Below, piece after piece: positions 19,152 through 29,302 of a stretch of 64,000 nucleotides of DNA. The DNA is from Planctomycetota bacterium. GTDB taxonomy: Bacteria > Planctomycetota > GCA-002687715 > DRQF01. Where the stretch lies: assembly GCA_027001995.1 (NCBI GenBank), contig JALTLO010000177.1, positions 39,814 through 103,813 of the forward strand, written 5' to 3'. A program made the position numbers and the translations under genes. A model generated the notes under the pieces. It ran no database searches. It was not told the origin of the DNA and saw only the letters and a program-made list of their open reading frames with translations. Every line of letters starts with the position of its first letter. The first letter of the stretch is position 1.

Positions 19152-19408
19152 GGACCCTTGACCGATTCTGGGTGATAGAGGATAAAGTCTTTGCAGCCCT
19201 CGATTTAGAGCCTGCCATAAGCCCAAGTATAGCACTGTGAGAAACGAAGACAACGGGATGCTCCGGGCATGGCACAGGGATTGCGAATCATGGGGCAAGA
19301 ACTCTCTGGCCTCAGGTCCGGGGAATCTCGTATTTAACGGCTTCCTTACCTTTGAGACCATGGAGGATGGGAGCGAAGGAATGTCTTTCACAAGGTGGAT
19401 CTTGCGCA

Positions 19409-20320
19409 ATGTCACCAATCGGTAACGAATCCGAATTTCCCTTCTTGGGCAGGCTCCAAACTGACAAGGAGGGCATCTTGCCTGTTATCTCCCGTGGAGG
19501 GCGAGTTTTCACCATTGAATGGCCACGAAACAGGGACAGTTGGTCTTTGGCATTTCGTCAAGGAACAGCGGGACTTGAATCCCTGGCGAGATTCATTCTG
19601 GAGGATACCCGTTGGCAGACTTCCGCCTCGGACCTGGGAGATGAAGTCGAGTTGCGGTCAAACTTGTTGCCAATCCTTTGTTCTCCAGGAAAAATAGTGG
19701 CTTTGGGGAGGACTTTCCCCGCCCATGCTGTGGAGTTGGGTAATGAACCGATCAAGGAGCCCCTCATCTTCAATAAGCTGAGTGAGAATATTGTTGGCGA
19801 CGGTGATGAGCTTGTCATTCCTTGGGTACAGGGAGAACGCTTTGACAATGAGATCGAATTAGGAATTCTGATTGGAAAGCCTCTTCATTTTGCCAGTCAA
19901 GAAGAGGCAGAGCAGGCTTTCTTCGGATGGTGCCAGATCAACGATTTTACTTGGCGCAGTGAACAGGGCAGAGCCAAAGGGAAAGGGGCACCCTGGTTTG
20001 TTGCGAAGAACTTGCCTCGATGCTTACCCCTAGGAAAGCGTTTGGTTCTTGCCTCCTCAGAGCTAGACCCATGCTCATGGCGTTTCACCTGCAAGATCAA
20101 CGGAACTCAAGTGCAGCAAGGGGATTTTGCTGGCATAGGACAAGAGCCTGGGGCACTGATTTCTTGGCTTTCCCGGCAATTACCTTTGCATCCAGGGGAT
20201 CTGATCGCTTTAGGAACACCGAAGGGGGTCACATCCGTGAAACCCGGGGACATGGTGACGACGGCCATTGAAAACTTAGGAACGCTGACTCATCAGATAG
20301 CGGCAGGAAGCCAACAATGA
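19409..20320 (+). CDS. Fumarylacetoacetate hydrolase family protein
   Basis: PGKIVALGRTF, DNEIELG, NDFTWR, AKN, LHPGDLIALGTPKGV. Start approximate (19352 or 19409). Confidence 0.9.
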   Translation: MSPIGNESEFPFLGRLQTDKEGILPVISRGGRVFTIEWPRNRDSWSLAFRQGTAGLESLARFILEDTRWQTSASDLGDEVELRSNLLPILCSPGKIVALGRTFPAHAVELGNEPIKEPLIFNKLSENIVGDGDELVIPWVQGERFDNEIELGILIGKPLHFASQEEAEQAFFGWCQINDFTWRSEQGRAKGKGAPWFVAKNLPRCLPLGKRLVLASSELDPCSWRFTCKINGTQVQQGDFAGIGQEPGALISWLSRQLPLHPGDLIALGTPKGVTSVKPGDMVTTAIENLGTLTHQIAAGSQQ

Positions 20321-21840
20321 ACAAAATTATCTATATCGCAGTCATGGGGTCCTTCTTCGTGTTGACGCTTTTCGGCCAAGAAACAGAGGTCCAGGCCGAG
20401 AAACTCTATAGGGAGGCACGCTACCAAAAGGCCGTATCAGCCTATGAGAAGCTGATCACCAAGGAAGGGCGAAAGCCGAGTCTCTTGCTGGGCTTGGGAA
20501 AGAGCCTTTTTGGTTTGAAAGAAACACGCAGGTCCCAAGCTCTGTTTCAAGAGGTGATTGGGGAGGATGATTCCATTGGTGCTGCACACTATTGGATGGG
20601 CCGTGTTTTAAGTCAGCAGGCTCTGGATGGCATTGAGGCTGGGCGTCTTTTGGCGTCGGCCGATTTGCGGGATGCCGTTAGCTTCTATCGGGCAGCCTCA
20701 AGTCGAGAGAAAGATCCGTTTCGCTCCCATTTTGCTGCTGGTCGCGCGCTTATGTACCTCTTAGATTTTGATGGCGCGATCCAAGAGCTTCAAGCGGCGA
20801 GACGAATTCGTCCTAAGAATCGTGATGTGATGGACCACCTTTTGGGGGCCTTTTATCGGGGTGAGCGATTCGACGAGTTTCTCCGTGTGGCGCGGGAAGA
20901 GAAAATTCCTATGGATCCAATGCGGGAACTTGATGCTGTTCTTCGGCTGGGCCGAATTGAAGAAGCGAAGAGACTTTTCGTTGGGCTTATTGAAAAGCAG
21001 GGCTTTGCTGGACGTAAGGAGCCTTACAACGTCTTGCTGAAGGTGGGTGAAGATAGCAAGAGACTTCCGGCGATCATCGAGATTCTTCAAGCGCTTCGAG
21101 CCAAAGTCCCAGATGAACATTTTGCTTCTTTTTATCTGGGGTATTTTCAGGGATTGGCTGGCGACTATGTTGGGGCCGAAAGGAACTTGAAGGCCCACTT
21201 GAAGATCATGGAATCCAGCTGGATGGCCAGGGTTTATTTGGCGTCCGCCTTGCGGCTTGATGGGAAGCTGGAGGCAGCAGATAAGGAGATCCGTTTAGCC
21301 CTGGCGCGAGTGCCTGAGGCTCCTTTGGCTCAGGAGGGGGCATCCATGGTTGTGGGAGCTTGGGTCAACAAGAAAGAATTTGAGCGGGCTCTCAGTTTGC
21401 ATTCTCTTCTTCTCAAAGGGCAAACATCGGCGGCAACCCGGCGAAATCACGCCATTTTGCTGAAAGAAACTGGTCGACTCAAGGAAGCGATTGCCATACT
21501 CCAGGAACTCTGTAATGAGGAAGACGTGGAAGGATTTCGGCTTTCCAAGTTCTGGAATGACCTTGGGCTTTGCCTCAAAGGCGATGGGCAGCGGGAAAAA
21601 GCCAAGGCTGCTTTGCTGAAAGCCACAGAAATCTTCGAGTTTAACGGGGATGCCTGGGAAAACCTGGGGGTAATAGAGTTCGAGAATAAGGACTATGACG
21701 CAGCCCAAAATTCCTTGAAAACGGCCATCAGGGTTCGCCTGGCGGAAGATAGCCAAAATAAGAAGAATAACTGGCGCGCTCGCTACTATCTGAAATTGGT
21801 GAAAAGTGCGAGAATAAGCGTATCGAAGGGAGACTTATAG
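20317..21840 (+). CDS. Exported tetratricopeptide-repeat protein
   Basis: Signal peptide, many TPR units (e.g. AWENLGVIEF), ATGA overlap with the FAH gene. Confidence 0.85.
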   Translation: MNKIIYIAVMGSFFVLTLFGQETEVQAEKLYREARYQKAVSAYEKLITKEGRKPSLLLGLGKSLFGLKETRRSQALFQEVIGEDDSIGAAHYWMGRVLSQQALDGIEAGRLLASADLRDAVSFYRAASSREKDPFRSHFAAGRALMYLLDFDGAIQELQAARRIRPKNRDVMDHLLGAFYRGERFDEFLRVAREEKIPMDPMRELDAVLRLGRIEEAKRLFVGLIEKQGFAGRKEPYNVLLKVGEDSKRLPAIIEILQALRAKVPDEHFASFYLGYFQGLAGDYVGAERNLKAHLKIMESSWMARVYLASALRLDGKLEAADKEIRLALARVPEAPLAQEGASMVVGAWVNKKEFERALSLHSLLLKGQTSAATRRNHAILLKETGRLKEAIAILQELCNEEDVEGFRLSKFWNDLGLCLKGDGQREKAKAALLKATEIFEFNGDAWENLGVIEFENKDYDAAQNSLKTAIRVRLAEDSQNKKNNWRARYYLKLVKSARISVSKGDL

Positions 21841-22032
21841 TCGTCCCAAAGATAGCAAAAACAATCATCGTGGTATTGGACTCGCCAAGAGGCTATGAAG
21901 GGCGTATCAAGGACACAGGTGCTATGATGATTGGGATAGACCGTATCTGTTATTTTGGCAGAGCTTGACTTGTCGAGCTCGAACACAAATTCAGCCTTCG
22001 ATCTTGAATTGACGAAGGGGAGACTCTGACAC

Positions 22033-23580
22033 ATGAGACGTTTCATTTGCCCGTTGATCTTGGCTTTTTTTTGTTGCGTGGCGGCATTGCCGACATTTGC
22101 TCAAAACGAAGAAAGTAAGGAAGAGACAAAAGCTCCGAACAAGGCCAAGCTTTCTCAAGAAGACATCGCCTATTTTGAGCCCTTGTTGAGAGCCTATTTG
22201 GACGCAGAAGGACGCGCCGATATCGCCGAGGCCAAAGCAAGCATTTTACAAGCTATGGACGACTATGCTGAGAAGAACAAAGTGTCTTCTCCAGTGGCTG
22301 ACTATCAAGCTTGGGTGGATATGTTCGGGCGCTACAACAAAGAGACTTTCACTCGCAAGAAAGTTTATGCCACCGGCCGAATCAAAACAGAACAGTTCGT
22401 CCTTTCTCGTAACGGCGATCATTATCTCTACGAGTACAGTGTGTTCGTCCCACGAGACTATGACCCGGCGAAGTCTTGGCCTGTTCTTCTTTGCCTTCAT
22501 GACAAAGAAGCCAAAGGATTAGGCAAGGGTTACATCCAGAAGGTGTGGCAGGGAACTAAAGAGTCAAAGCTTCTGTGCGAGAACTTTATTATTATCGTTC
22601 CTCATATTCCCAAGAAACTTCTCAAGAAGAAAATCAAAGTCACGATCGCCGGCAAGAAAACTTCAGTTAAGAGTACAGTCAAGAGACTCGATTGGTTTAA
22701 TAGCTATCACCTTTGGGCCATGGTCCTTCCATTGGTTGAGATGCGCAAGAACTACAACTGCGATCCGACACGCATCTTTATCGAAGGTGTGGGGGATGGG
22801 GCGGACGCGGCTTTGTCCCTTGCAGCCATGATGCCTGGACGTTTCGCCGGTGTTATCGCCAGACACGGAAAACTGCGGACACCACGATTGCTCACCGGGC
22901 TCCAGCACACTCCAACTTTGATCTTGGCCAGGGAAGAGGGCAAGTTTGCCAAAGGTCCAGGTAAGGAATTTCTTGAGATTGCCAATGAAGCAACAAAGGG
23001 TGACGTTCAATACGACTCTTTGGAGGTCGTCAAATTCCCATCTCTTGGTAAGAAGAAGATCTCCTTGAAGAAGCTTGCCAATCAAAAGGTTGATCCAATC
23101 TTGGAGGCGAACGAGCAGATTGCCACTTACTTGACCAAGCACGTTCTTGATCCCAATCCAAAGAAAGTCAGGATCACGAGCAACAATCGGGTCTTCCGCT
23201 TGCACCCTTTGCTGAAAGTGACTGAGCACGATATCGCCGCAGGAAATATCCTCGATTGCATCGCAACTTTCGACAAAGAGAAAAACACTGTTGAGCTGAC
23301 CGGTGAGAATTTTTATGGCGTGTCCTTGTTCATCAGTGACGCCGTTCTTGACCTGAGTAAACCAGTTCAGGTTTTGGTCAATGGCCGTCAAGTAGACGCC
23401 CGCATCCCCGATCGCAATGCGGCCAAGATGCTGAGCACGTTCCGCAACGCCAAGACCGATTTTCACCGTGCGATGACCTGCAATATCGTTGTGCCTCGAT
23501 TTACACTTGAAGTCGAAGAAGACGAGAAAAAGGAAGGCGAGAAGAAAGCGGGCGAAAAAGAATCTGGGGAGAAAAACTAA
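22033..23580 (+). CDS. Exported alpha/beta-hydrolase-fold (esterase/peptidase-like) protein, probably catalytically degenerate
   Basis: Signal peptide. YSVFVPRDYDPAKSWPVLLCLH and DPTRIFIEG motifs are present, but the nucleophile elbow reads GVGDG. Confidence 0.75.
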   Translation: MRRFICPLILAFFCCVAALPTFAQNEESKEETKAPNKAKLSQEDIAYFEPLLRAYLDAEGRADIAEAKASILQAMDDYAEKNKVSSPVADYQAWVDMFGRYNKETFTRKKVYATGRIKTEQFVLSRNGDHYLYEYSVFVPRDYDPAKSWPVLLCLHDKEAKGLGKGYIQKVWQGTKESKLLCENFIIIVPHIPKKLLKKKIKVTIAGKKTSVKSTVKRLDWFNSYHLWAMVLPLVEMRKNYNCDPTRIFIEGVGDGADAALSLAAMMPGRFAGVIARHGKLRTPRLLTGLQHTPTLILAREEGKFAKGPGKEFLEIANEATKGDVQYDSLEVVKFPSLGKKKISLKKLANQKVDPILEANEQIATYLTKHVLDPNPKKVRITSNNRVFRLHPLLKVTEHDIAAGNILDCIATFDKEKNTVELTGENFYGVSLFISDAVLDLSKPVQVLVNGRQVDARIPDRNAAKMLSTFRNAKTDFHRAMTCNIVVPRFTLEVEEDEKKEGEKKAGEKESGEKN

Positions 23581-23583
23581 GTC

Positions 23584-25182
23584 GTGACTGATTCCGAAGT
23601 CGAGGCTCCAATACAGGGGAGCGCAAACCTTGGACTCCTCTTAGCTGTCGCGTTTTTTGCCGGAGCGGGCACTATGCTCCTGGAGGTCTTGGCACCCCGG
23701 GTGATGCAGCCTTATTTTGGTGCCTCCACCTTCGTATGGACCAACGTCATCGGCGTCATCCTCTTGGTCATGGCCTTGGGGTATAATCTTGGCGGCAGGC
23801 TTTCTGAACGGGATGGAGGTTTGCTGAGAATTGCTGGGACACTGGGAGGGGCAGCCCTCTTGATTGTCTTGATCAGACCCTTATTCCCCTTTGTCGCTGA
23901 ATTTTTACTGCCGAGTGCCGAGAGTTTAGCCAATTCCGACGATGCCCGTAGTCGCTTGGAATGGGGCTCTCTTGTTGCTGCGGTCTTCCTGTTTTGTCCT
24001 CCAGTCTTGCTGTTAGCGACGATTACTCCTCAGCTTGTACAACAAGTGCACCTCAGTGGGCTGACGGTTGGCAGGGCCTCTGGCCGTGTCTTCATGTGGG
24101 GAACTTTGGGAAGCCTCTTCGGCACTTTCCTGCCTACTTACTGGTTGGTCCCTTCTTTTGGCACATCCGTTAGTCTTTATGTTGCCACGACTTTTCTTTT
24201 GATCCCTTCAGCCCTTCTTTTCGTTGGCAACAAGAAAACGACTGTGGCATCGTCCTTCATGGTGCTGGCTGCTTTCCTGATATTGGGAGGATCTTCCTTT
24301 CGTTCCACAATCCGCCCGGCCTTGGTTGGCGAAGAGGTCCTTTTGGAAGAAGAGAGCCGCTATCAGTACCTACGGTTGGTGAGGCGGCATGCTGTGGAAG
24401 ACAGCAACGTGATGGAGACGAAGCTCTGTTTGGATGAGGGTCTGCTCGACTTTCACAGCGTTGACTGTGAAGGAAAAGTCGGGACGTTGGGGAAGTACTA
24501 CGACTATTTCGCCTTGTTGCCGACGGCGTTTCCCAAGGACAGGAAATTGAGAATCTTGGTGCTGGGAAGCGAAAAAAGCAATATGTCTTCGATGCTCTGT
24601 TCTTTTTGGCCTGATCGCGTCGAGCGCATCGTTGACGTGGAGATTGATCCCCGTGTCATTGCCATGGCCAAAAAACTGGGCCAGGAAAGAGACCCACGAA
24701 TCGAGTCTGTCGCTATGGACGCCCGGGCCTATGCACGACTTACCAAGGAAACCTTCGATTTGATCCTGGTGGATGCATATGCTCGGCAAGTTGACATTCC
24801 TTTTCACATGACCACCGTTGAGTTCTTCCACTCCCTGTCAGAGATTCTTACTGACGACGGCATCGTTGCTTTGAATGTCAGCGTCAAGAATGTGGAAGCA
24901 GAGCTGACTCAAGCCCTTTTTTTGTCTATGAGCTCGGGGGGGCTCAGTGGTCTCCACAGTGTCTGGGTTCGCTATTGGGGCAATCGGATGTTATGGGGTT
25001 CGAAACGCTCAAATGCGGCTGTTCTTGGGCCAGAATCAGTACATCCAGAACTCACAGGAGTCTTGAGGCATGCTTTGCGTGCTCAGATTCCAGCTCAAGT
25101 GGATGAATCCGCGGTTCGCTTGACTGATGATCATGCTCCCGTAGAGCTTTTGACGCGTAAGACTCTGACGAAAGGGGAATAG
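23584..25182 (+). CDS. Fused MFS-like membrane domain/spermidine synthase-like protein
   Basis: LEVLAPRVMQPYFGASTFVWTNVIG, GTLGSLFGTF, ESRYQY, VEIDP, DARAY, DLILVDAY, TDDHAPVE. Confidence 0.88.
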   Translation: MTDSEVEAPIQGSANLGLLLAVAFFAGAGTMLLEVLAPRVMQPYFGASTFVWTNVIGVILLVMALGYNLGGRLSERDGGLLRIAGTLGGAALLIVLIRPLFPFVAEFLLPSAESLANSDDARSRLEWGSLVAAVFLFCPPVLLLATITPQLVQQVHLSGLTVGRASGRVFMWGTLGSLFGTFLPTYWLVPSFGTSVSLYVATTFLLIPSALLFVGNKKTTVASSFMVLAAFLILGGSSFRSTIRPALVGEEVLLEEESRYQYLRLVRRHAVEDSNVMETKLCLDEGLLDFHSVDCEGKVGTLGKYYDYFALLPTAFPKDRKLRILVLGSEKSNMSSMLCSFWPDRVERIVDVEIDPRVIAMAKKLGQERDPRIESVAMDARAYARLTKETFDLILVDAYARQVDIPFHMTTVEFFHSLSEILTDDGIVALNVSVKNVEAELTQALFLSMSSGGLSGLHSVWVRYWGNRMLWGSKRSNAAVLGPESVHPELTGVLRHALRAQIPAQVDESAVRLTDDHAPVELLTRKTLTKGE

Positions 25183-25184
25183 GA

Positions 25185-25736
25185 GTGAGAATCCTCTTTC
25201 TGTCTTCGGTCCTTCTTCTTGCATTTACCATCTTTCCTTTGGGGCAGCTCCATGGGCAAAAGTTTCAGAACACCTACGAGTCCTTGAGCCAACTTTATCA
25301 ACAGGCTGCACGGCCGGCGGAAGAGATGGAAGCACGGGTCAAGGTGGACAAAAAAAATCCCTTGGTTTGGCATTTCTACGGCCTCTCCATGGATGAATTG
25401 GGCAACGAAAAAGCGGCTCTTGAAGCTTTGGAAAAGGCTCGCGATTTGGACCCCCGGCAAGCCTGGCATGTCCAGAGTTTGGCGGAACATTATTTCGGCG
25501 TTGGTGATTTCGAACAAAGCCAGCGGTTTTATCGTTTGGCTATTTCCCTGGAGACCAGGCCCCAGGTTGTTGTCAACCTGAAGACTTCCTTGGCGCAGGC
25601 AGAAAAAAGAGCCTTGGTGGATGCCCGTCTGCGTGATGAAGAACAGGCTGCAATCTCGCATACCTGGCTCATAGGCCTTCTTGGAATCGCCTTGCTGGGA
25701 GTTTTTGTGGTGGTGGCACCTCGATTGACGAGGTGA
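25185..25736 (+). CDS. Small exported TPR protein with C-terminal TM anchor
   Basis: Signal peptide, TPR units (VWHFYGL…ALEKARDLDP), C-terminal hydrophobic helix. Confidence 0.75.
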   Translation: MRILFLSSVLLLAFTIFPLGQLHGQKFQNTYESLSQLYQQAARPAEEMEARVKVDKKNPLVWHFYGLSMDELGNEKAALEALEKARDLDPRQAWHVQSLAEHYFGVGDFEQSQRFYRLAISLETRPQVVVNLKTSLAQAEKRALVDARLRDEEQAAISHTWLIGLLGIALLGVFVVVAPRLTR

Positions 25737-25790
25737 CTCGGCCTGGGAACCCGAAACGGTTTTGATTCCTTTCAATAGACTGCATAGAAC

Positions 25791-25828
25791 AAAAAAGTGC
25801 GAAGACCATGTTTGTGGTCTTCGCACTT
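25791..25828 (-). terminator. Intrinsic terminator downstream of the cytochrome c peroxidase gene (between convergent genes)
   Basis: Perfect 14 bp stem AAGTGCGAAGACCA/TGGTCTTCGCACTT with a U-tract on the minus strand. Confidence 0.8.
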
Positions 25829-25907
25829 ATGAAAAGTTTCTCGTCTCTTCCTTGACCAGATTGGCTCACAGGAGTGAAGCAATCAAGAACAAGCTTTCTT
25901 CAATTCA

Positions 25908-26369
25908 CTATGGAAGGATGGTGAACAAAGCTGTGTCGGTCAAAGAGATGCCCAAGCCAGGATGAGTTACCCCAGTCATTGGATCGGTCAAAGGAACAGG
26001 ATCAGTCACGACCCACTGAGTGAAGAATGTCAGTCCAGCATAGAATGGGTTGTTGGCGATACCAGTTGAGACGGAACCATAACCACTTCCCGGAACACCA
26101 AACGTACCCTTGAGGGTGATTTGTTGGATGAATGGTTGAAGTGGGCCAGATCCGACACCCAATGGGACAAAGCCAAAGAGTGTTTCGCCCAATGTGTTCG
26201 GGCTACCAGCAAGCAAGAATGCATCCATGGCTCCCCAGGCATTGTTCACGCCAATGGTGAAGAATGGGTGCTGCAAGTTGGCCGGTTGGTTGACGATGAT
26301 CTGCGGCACAGTCTTGTTGGAATCGGCGAAACCACTTCCTGGAATGATGAAAGGCAGACCGACACCACT
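25908..26369 (-). other. Shared C-terminal domain, copy in the peroxidase
   Basis: …NNPFYAGLTFFTQWVVTDP…ISLTDTALFTILP-stop resembles the C-termini of both FG-GAP proteins. Confidence 0.6.
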
Positions 26370-27626
26370 TTCACTGCGCAATGTAGGCCGACTGAAAACA
26401 CCGGTTTCATTGGCAACACGAGGATCGGTAAGAGCGTTCATCAAGAAGTCTTCCATGGCGATTCTGTCACCAATGGTCAGACTCAAGAATTGCATTTGAG
26501 GATCAATGTTCTCGAAGAAGACACCACCAAGAGCATAGAAACTGATGACCTGATTCAGATCGGCGCCGAGAGCGTTACCGTCATGGAACAAGCGGCCAGA
26601 GCCTTGGTTTCTGATGCCGACGTTGCGCAAGGTCGGTGTCTTCATGCGGCCTTTGTCGCTGGCCAAACCCGTGACTTGCATGCGTCCGGTGTCGTTGTTG
26701 GGATCGGTGATGCCGATGTTATGGAAATCGTCATCAGAGAAGAGATTTCCTGAGTGACATATGCCACAACGGCCTTTGGTCACGTCGTTGAAGACGCTCA
26801 ATCCCATGCTTTGTGTTGCCGTCATGGTTCCCAAGTCGAATGGGGTTTGGTCTGCAACCAATGTACGCTCGTAAGTGGCGATAGCAAATGCAATGCGCTT
26901 GACTGTGACTGTCGCGTCACCGAATGCCGCAGTGAAAAGATCGGCATAGGTTGGATTGACTGCCAAGGCAGCGACAATATCTGCGGGGAAATTGGTTGCC
27001 AAACGCAGGGGCTTGACCTTAGAAATTTTTTCTTCGATTTGAGCCCAATTGCGGTTTTCGTGGGCCATTTCGACATCTGAAACGGGAGGCCCAACAGCTT
27101 GGCTCTCGAGAGCACCGCCGGAAGCAATTTCGACAACGCCTGATACTGGGTTGACGAATTGGCTGCGAGCCCGGCCGTCCCAGAAGAGATCTGTGAAGAA
27201 TGCTGCGTCGATCATCGTTGGTGTCTTGCGCCCGGTCCGTTGGACATCGGGGAAGAAGGTACCGTCGTTGATCATGTCACCGTCCACAGTTGCGCGAATA
27301 ACACCACGGGAGCCGATGACATCGTCGAAGTCGCCGAGAATGCCGTTGGCACCTGGGTGATTTGAGTTTGGCAGGTTGGACCGAGGGTCACTACCGCCAG
27401 CGGCCGGAATGTGGCAAGTTCCGCAGGCTTGGGTGTTGGTGGAACTGAGTTGCTCGTCCCAGAAGAGGATTTTGCCCAAAACTGCTTTTGCTGCGGAAAA
27501 GGGATTTTCTGGGGGGAAGGAAACAACAGGGTAGTTGAGTGATGGAGACTGTGCGTTGAGACCGCTGGCAGCCACCAAGACTAATAGCCCAAAAAGGGAA
27601 AGGAACTTTGTCCGATGGGTCGTCAT
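25908..27626 (-). CDS. Di-heme cytochrome c peroxidase (CcP/MauG family) with an extra C-terminal domain
   Basis: Signal peptide, LGKILFWD, heme motifs CGTCH and CGICH, FWDGRA, KTPTLRN. GAGG RBS before ATG 27626. Confidence 0.92.
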   Translation of the reverse strand: MTTHRTKFLSLFGLLVLVAASGLNAQSPSLNYPVVSFPPENPFSAAKAVLGKILFWDEQLSSTNTQACGTCHIPAAGGSDPRSNLPNSNHPGANGILGDFDDVIGSRGVIRATVDGDMINDGTFFPDVQRTGRKTPTMIDAAFFTDLFWDGRARSQFVNPVSGVVEIASGGALESQAVGPPVSDVEMAHENRNWAQIEEKISKVKPLRLATNFPADIVAALAVNPTYADLFTAAFGDATVTVKRIAFAIATYERTLVADQTPFDLGTMTATQSMGLSVFNDVTKGRCGICHSGNLFSDDDFHNIGITDPNNDTGRMQVTGLASDKGRMKTPTLRNVGIRNQGSGRLFHDGNALGADLNQVISFYALGGVFFENIDPQMQFLSLTIGDRIAMEDFLMNALTDPRVANETGVFSRPTLRSESGVGLPFIIPGSGFADSNKTVPQIIVNQPANLQHPFFTIGVNNAWGAMDAFLLAGSPNTLGETLFGFVPLGVGSGPLQPFIQQITLKGTFGVPGSGYGSVSTGIANNPFYAGLTFFTQWVVTDPVPLTDPMTGVTHPGLGISLTDTALFTILP

Positions 27627-28006
27627 ATAAAACCTCACCTAGGGTACTGCACTGCCGGCTTATTCCAGCAATGACAAATTTCGGAACAACTTCTTGGAGT
27701 CCGATCGAATGAAATTATGGCAATGGGTGACGTGCCGGGTACTAAAAGGCTCATCACAATGTGCTTGAGTATAGGCATTTTGTTCGGGATTCACAGCATC
27801 CTTGAGAAATATTTGAGCTTGGGCCTGTTCCTCGCAAGTCTTTATTTGATAAAGCACTATGCATAAAAACCCTGATTTGATGTCCTTTGAATTCCCTTCT
27901 GTGACAACTTGTACAGGGAGCCAATTGTTCACTGTTTTGGTTGGATGCAAGTCCCGTAACTTCTGTGACGATAGAAGGATCAGAAGAACTCCGGAGCCGA
28001 AGAGCC

Positions 28007-29245
28007 TTGCTACTTTTATCGAACATTCTGACTCTGGTGGTCTTATTGGTGCTGGGTTTCGCCCTCCGCGCCGTGGGAAAGAAAGCCAGCATTCCTCCAG
28101 CAGCAAGCCTGATGTTTCTCGGAGTGCTCGTGGGGACGAGTGGTTTTGACGTCATTCCCCAGAGTTACCAGGCCATCAGTCAGCAATTGTCTCTTGTGGC
28201 CTTCGTCATGTTGCTTCTTCGGGCAGGCTTGGGCATGGAGCCCAAGGCCATGGGCAAAATGGTTCCTGGCATCGTCCTTCTTGGGTTGATCCCTGCCATG
28301 GCAGAGATGGCATTCTTGGCCACTGGCGCGCGGGTTTTTCTTTTCGATCGTTGGGACCTAGCGCTTCTCGCTGCCTTTCTTGTTGCGGCAGTTTCCCCAG
28401 CCGTCATTCTTCCGACCATGCTCGACCAAAAGCACAAGGGACGTGGTGGGCCCAGGATGGTACCGGATCGCATCATGGGAATGGCCATCGTCAACTCTTT
28501 CGTGGCGAAGGCGTCAATCATTCTCCTTCTTGGTCTCATTGTCGGCACGGTGAAACAGTCCGACTTGGGGCGAGAGTTGTTGCTATTGCCCCTCAGGTTG
28601 ATTTTTGGCGTTGTGCTTGGTTTCGTCTTGGGGCGTTTTGTGGTTGTGGCACTTGAGAAGGTGCCCAGATCTGAAACCCTCATATGGGGTGGCGCAGGCC
28701 TTGTCTTAGCCGCCTCCATCACCATGTACTTCAAGGCGCAGGCATTCTATTTTGAAGGTGTCTTTGCAGTCTTGTCGTTTGGTCTTGGAATGCGTCTTCG
28801 TGGTCCCGACTTGGCTGACGGTTTCAAAGATCGATTCAATAGCCTTTGGGCTGTGGCTGAAATCCCTTTGTTTGTCAACGTTGGTTCACTCATTGATCTG
28901 GGGCGGCTCTCTCAGTTGCCTTTGGTCGTCGGGCTTTTGGGCTTGATGATATTGGGGCTTGCTGTGCGGAAATGGGCGGCTTGGCTGTGCACAGCCCGGG
29001 GAGATCTCTCGAAGCCAGAGCGGTTTTATGTGACCCTTGCTCAAGTTCCCAAAGCCACGATTCAGGCTGTCTTCGGGCCGGTTGTTTTCTTCACTTTGGG
29101 AGGAGCTGGTTCTGAATTGCGCGAAGCTGGGCAGCTGATGCTCATTATGGCGGTCTTGGCGATAATTTCGACAGCCCCTATTGGAGCTGTGGTCTTAGAT
29201 CGTTGGGGTGGACGCCTTTTGCCGCGAAACGACGAATCGAGTTAA
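28007..29245 (+). CDS. Cation:proton antiporter (NHA/CPA family)
   Basis: About 12 TM helices, LLLRAGLG, AAVSPAVILP, PKATIQA, IISTAPIGA. Start approximate (TTG 28007 after GGAG; the track uses 27941). Confidence 0.87.
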   Translation: MLLLSNILTLVVLLVLGFALRAVGKKASIPPAASLMFLGVLVGTSGFDVIPQSYQAISQQLSLVAFVMLLLRAGLGMEPKAMGKMVPGIVLLGLIPAMAEMAFLATGARVFLFDRWDLALLAAFLVAAVSPAVILPTMLDQKHKGRGGPRMVPDRIMGMAIVNSFVAKASIILLLGLIVGTVKQSDLGRELLLLPLRLIFGVVLGFVLGRFVVVALEKVPRSETLIWGGAGLVLAASITMYFKAQAFYFEGVFAVLSFGLGMRLRGPDLADGFKDRFNSLWAVAEIPLFVNVGSLIDLGRLSQLPLVVGLLGLMILGLAVRKWAAWLCTARGDLSKPERFYVTLAQVPKATIQAVFGPVVFFTLGGAGSELREAGQLMLIMAVLAIISTAPIGAVVLDRWGGRLLPRNDESS

Positions 29246-29302
29246 AACTGCTTTCCCATTGGGCTTCACCGATTGACAGTTCAGATTTGCTAAGATCGAC
29301 TC

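Noticed and set aside
19152..19418. N-terminal extension of Dxr in the ORF track
   Set aside because: Homology starts at MKKIAVFGSTGSIG (19151), and the extension overlaps the divergent FAH gene and promoter region.
27639..28006. Long intergenic region with short CTTCTGTGAC direct repeats as a possible riboswitch or ncRNA
   Set aside because: No recognisable Rfam-type motif by eye. It is consistent with divergent promoters.
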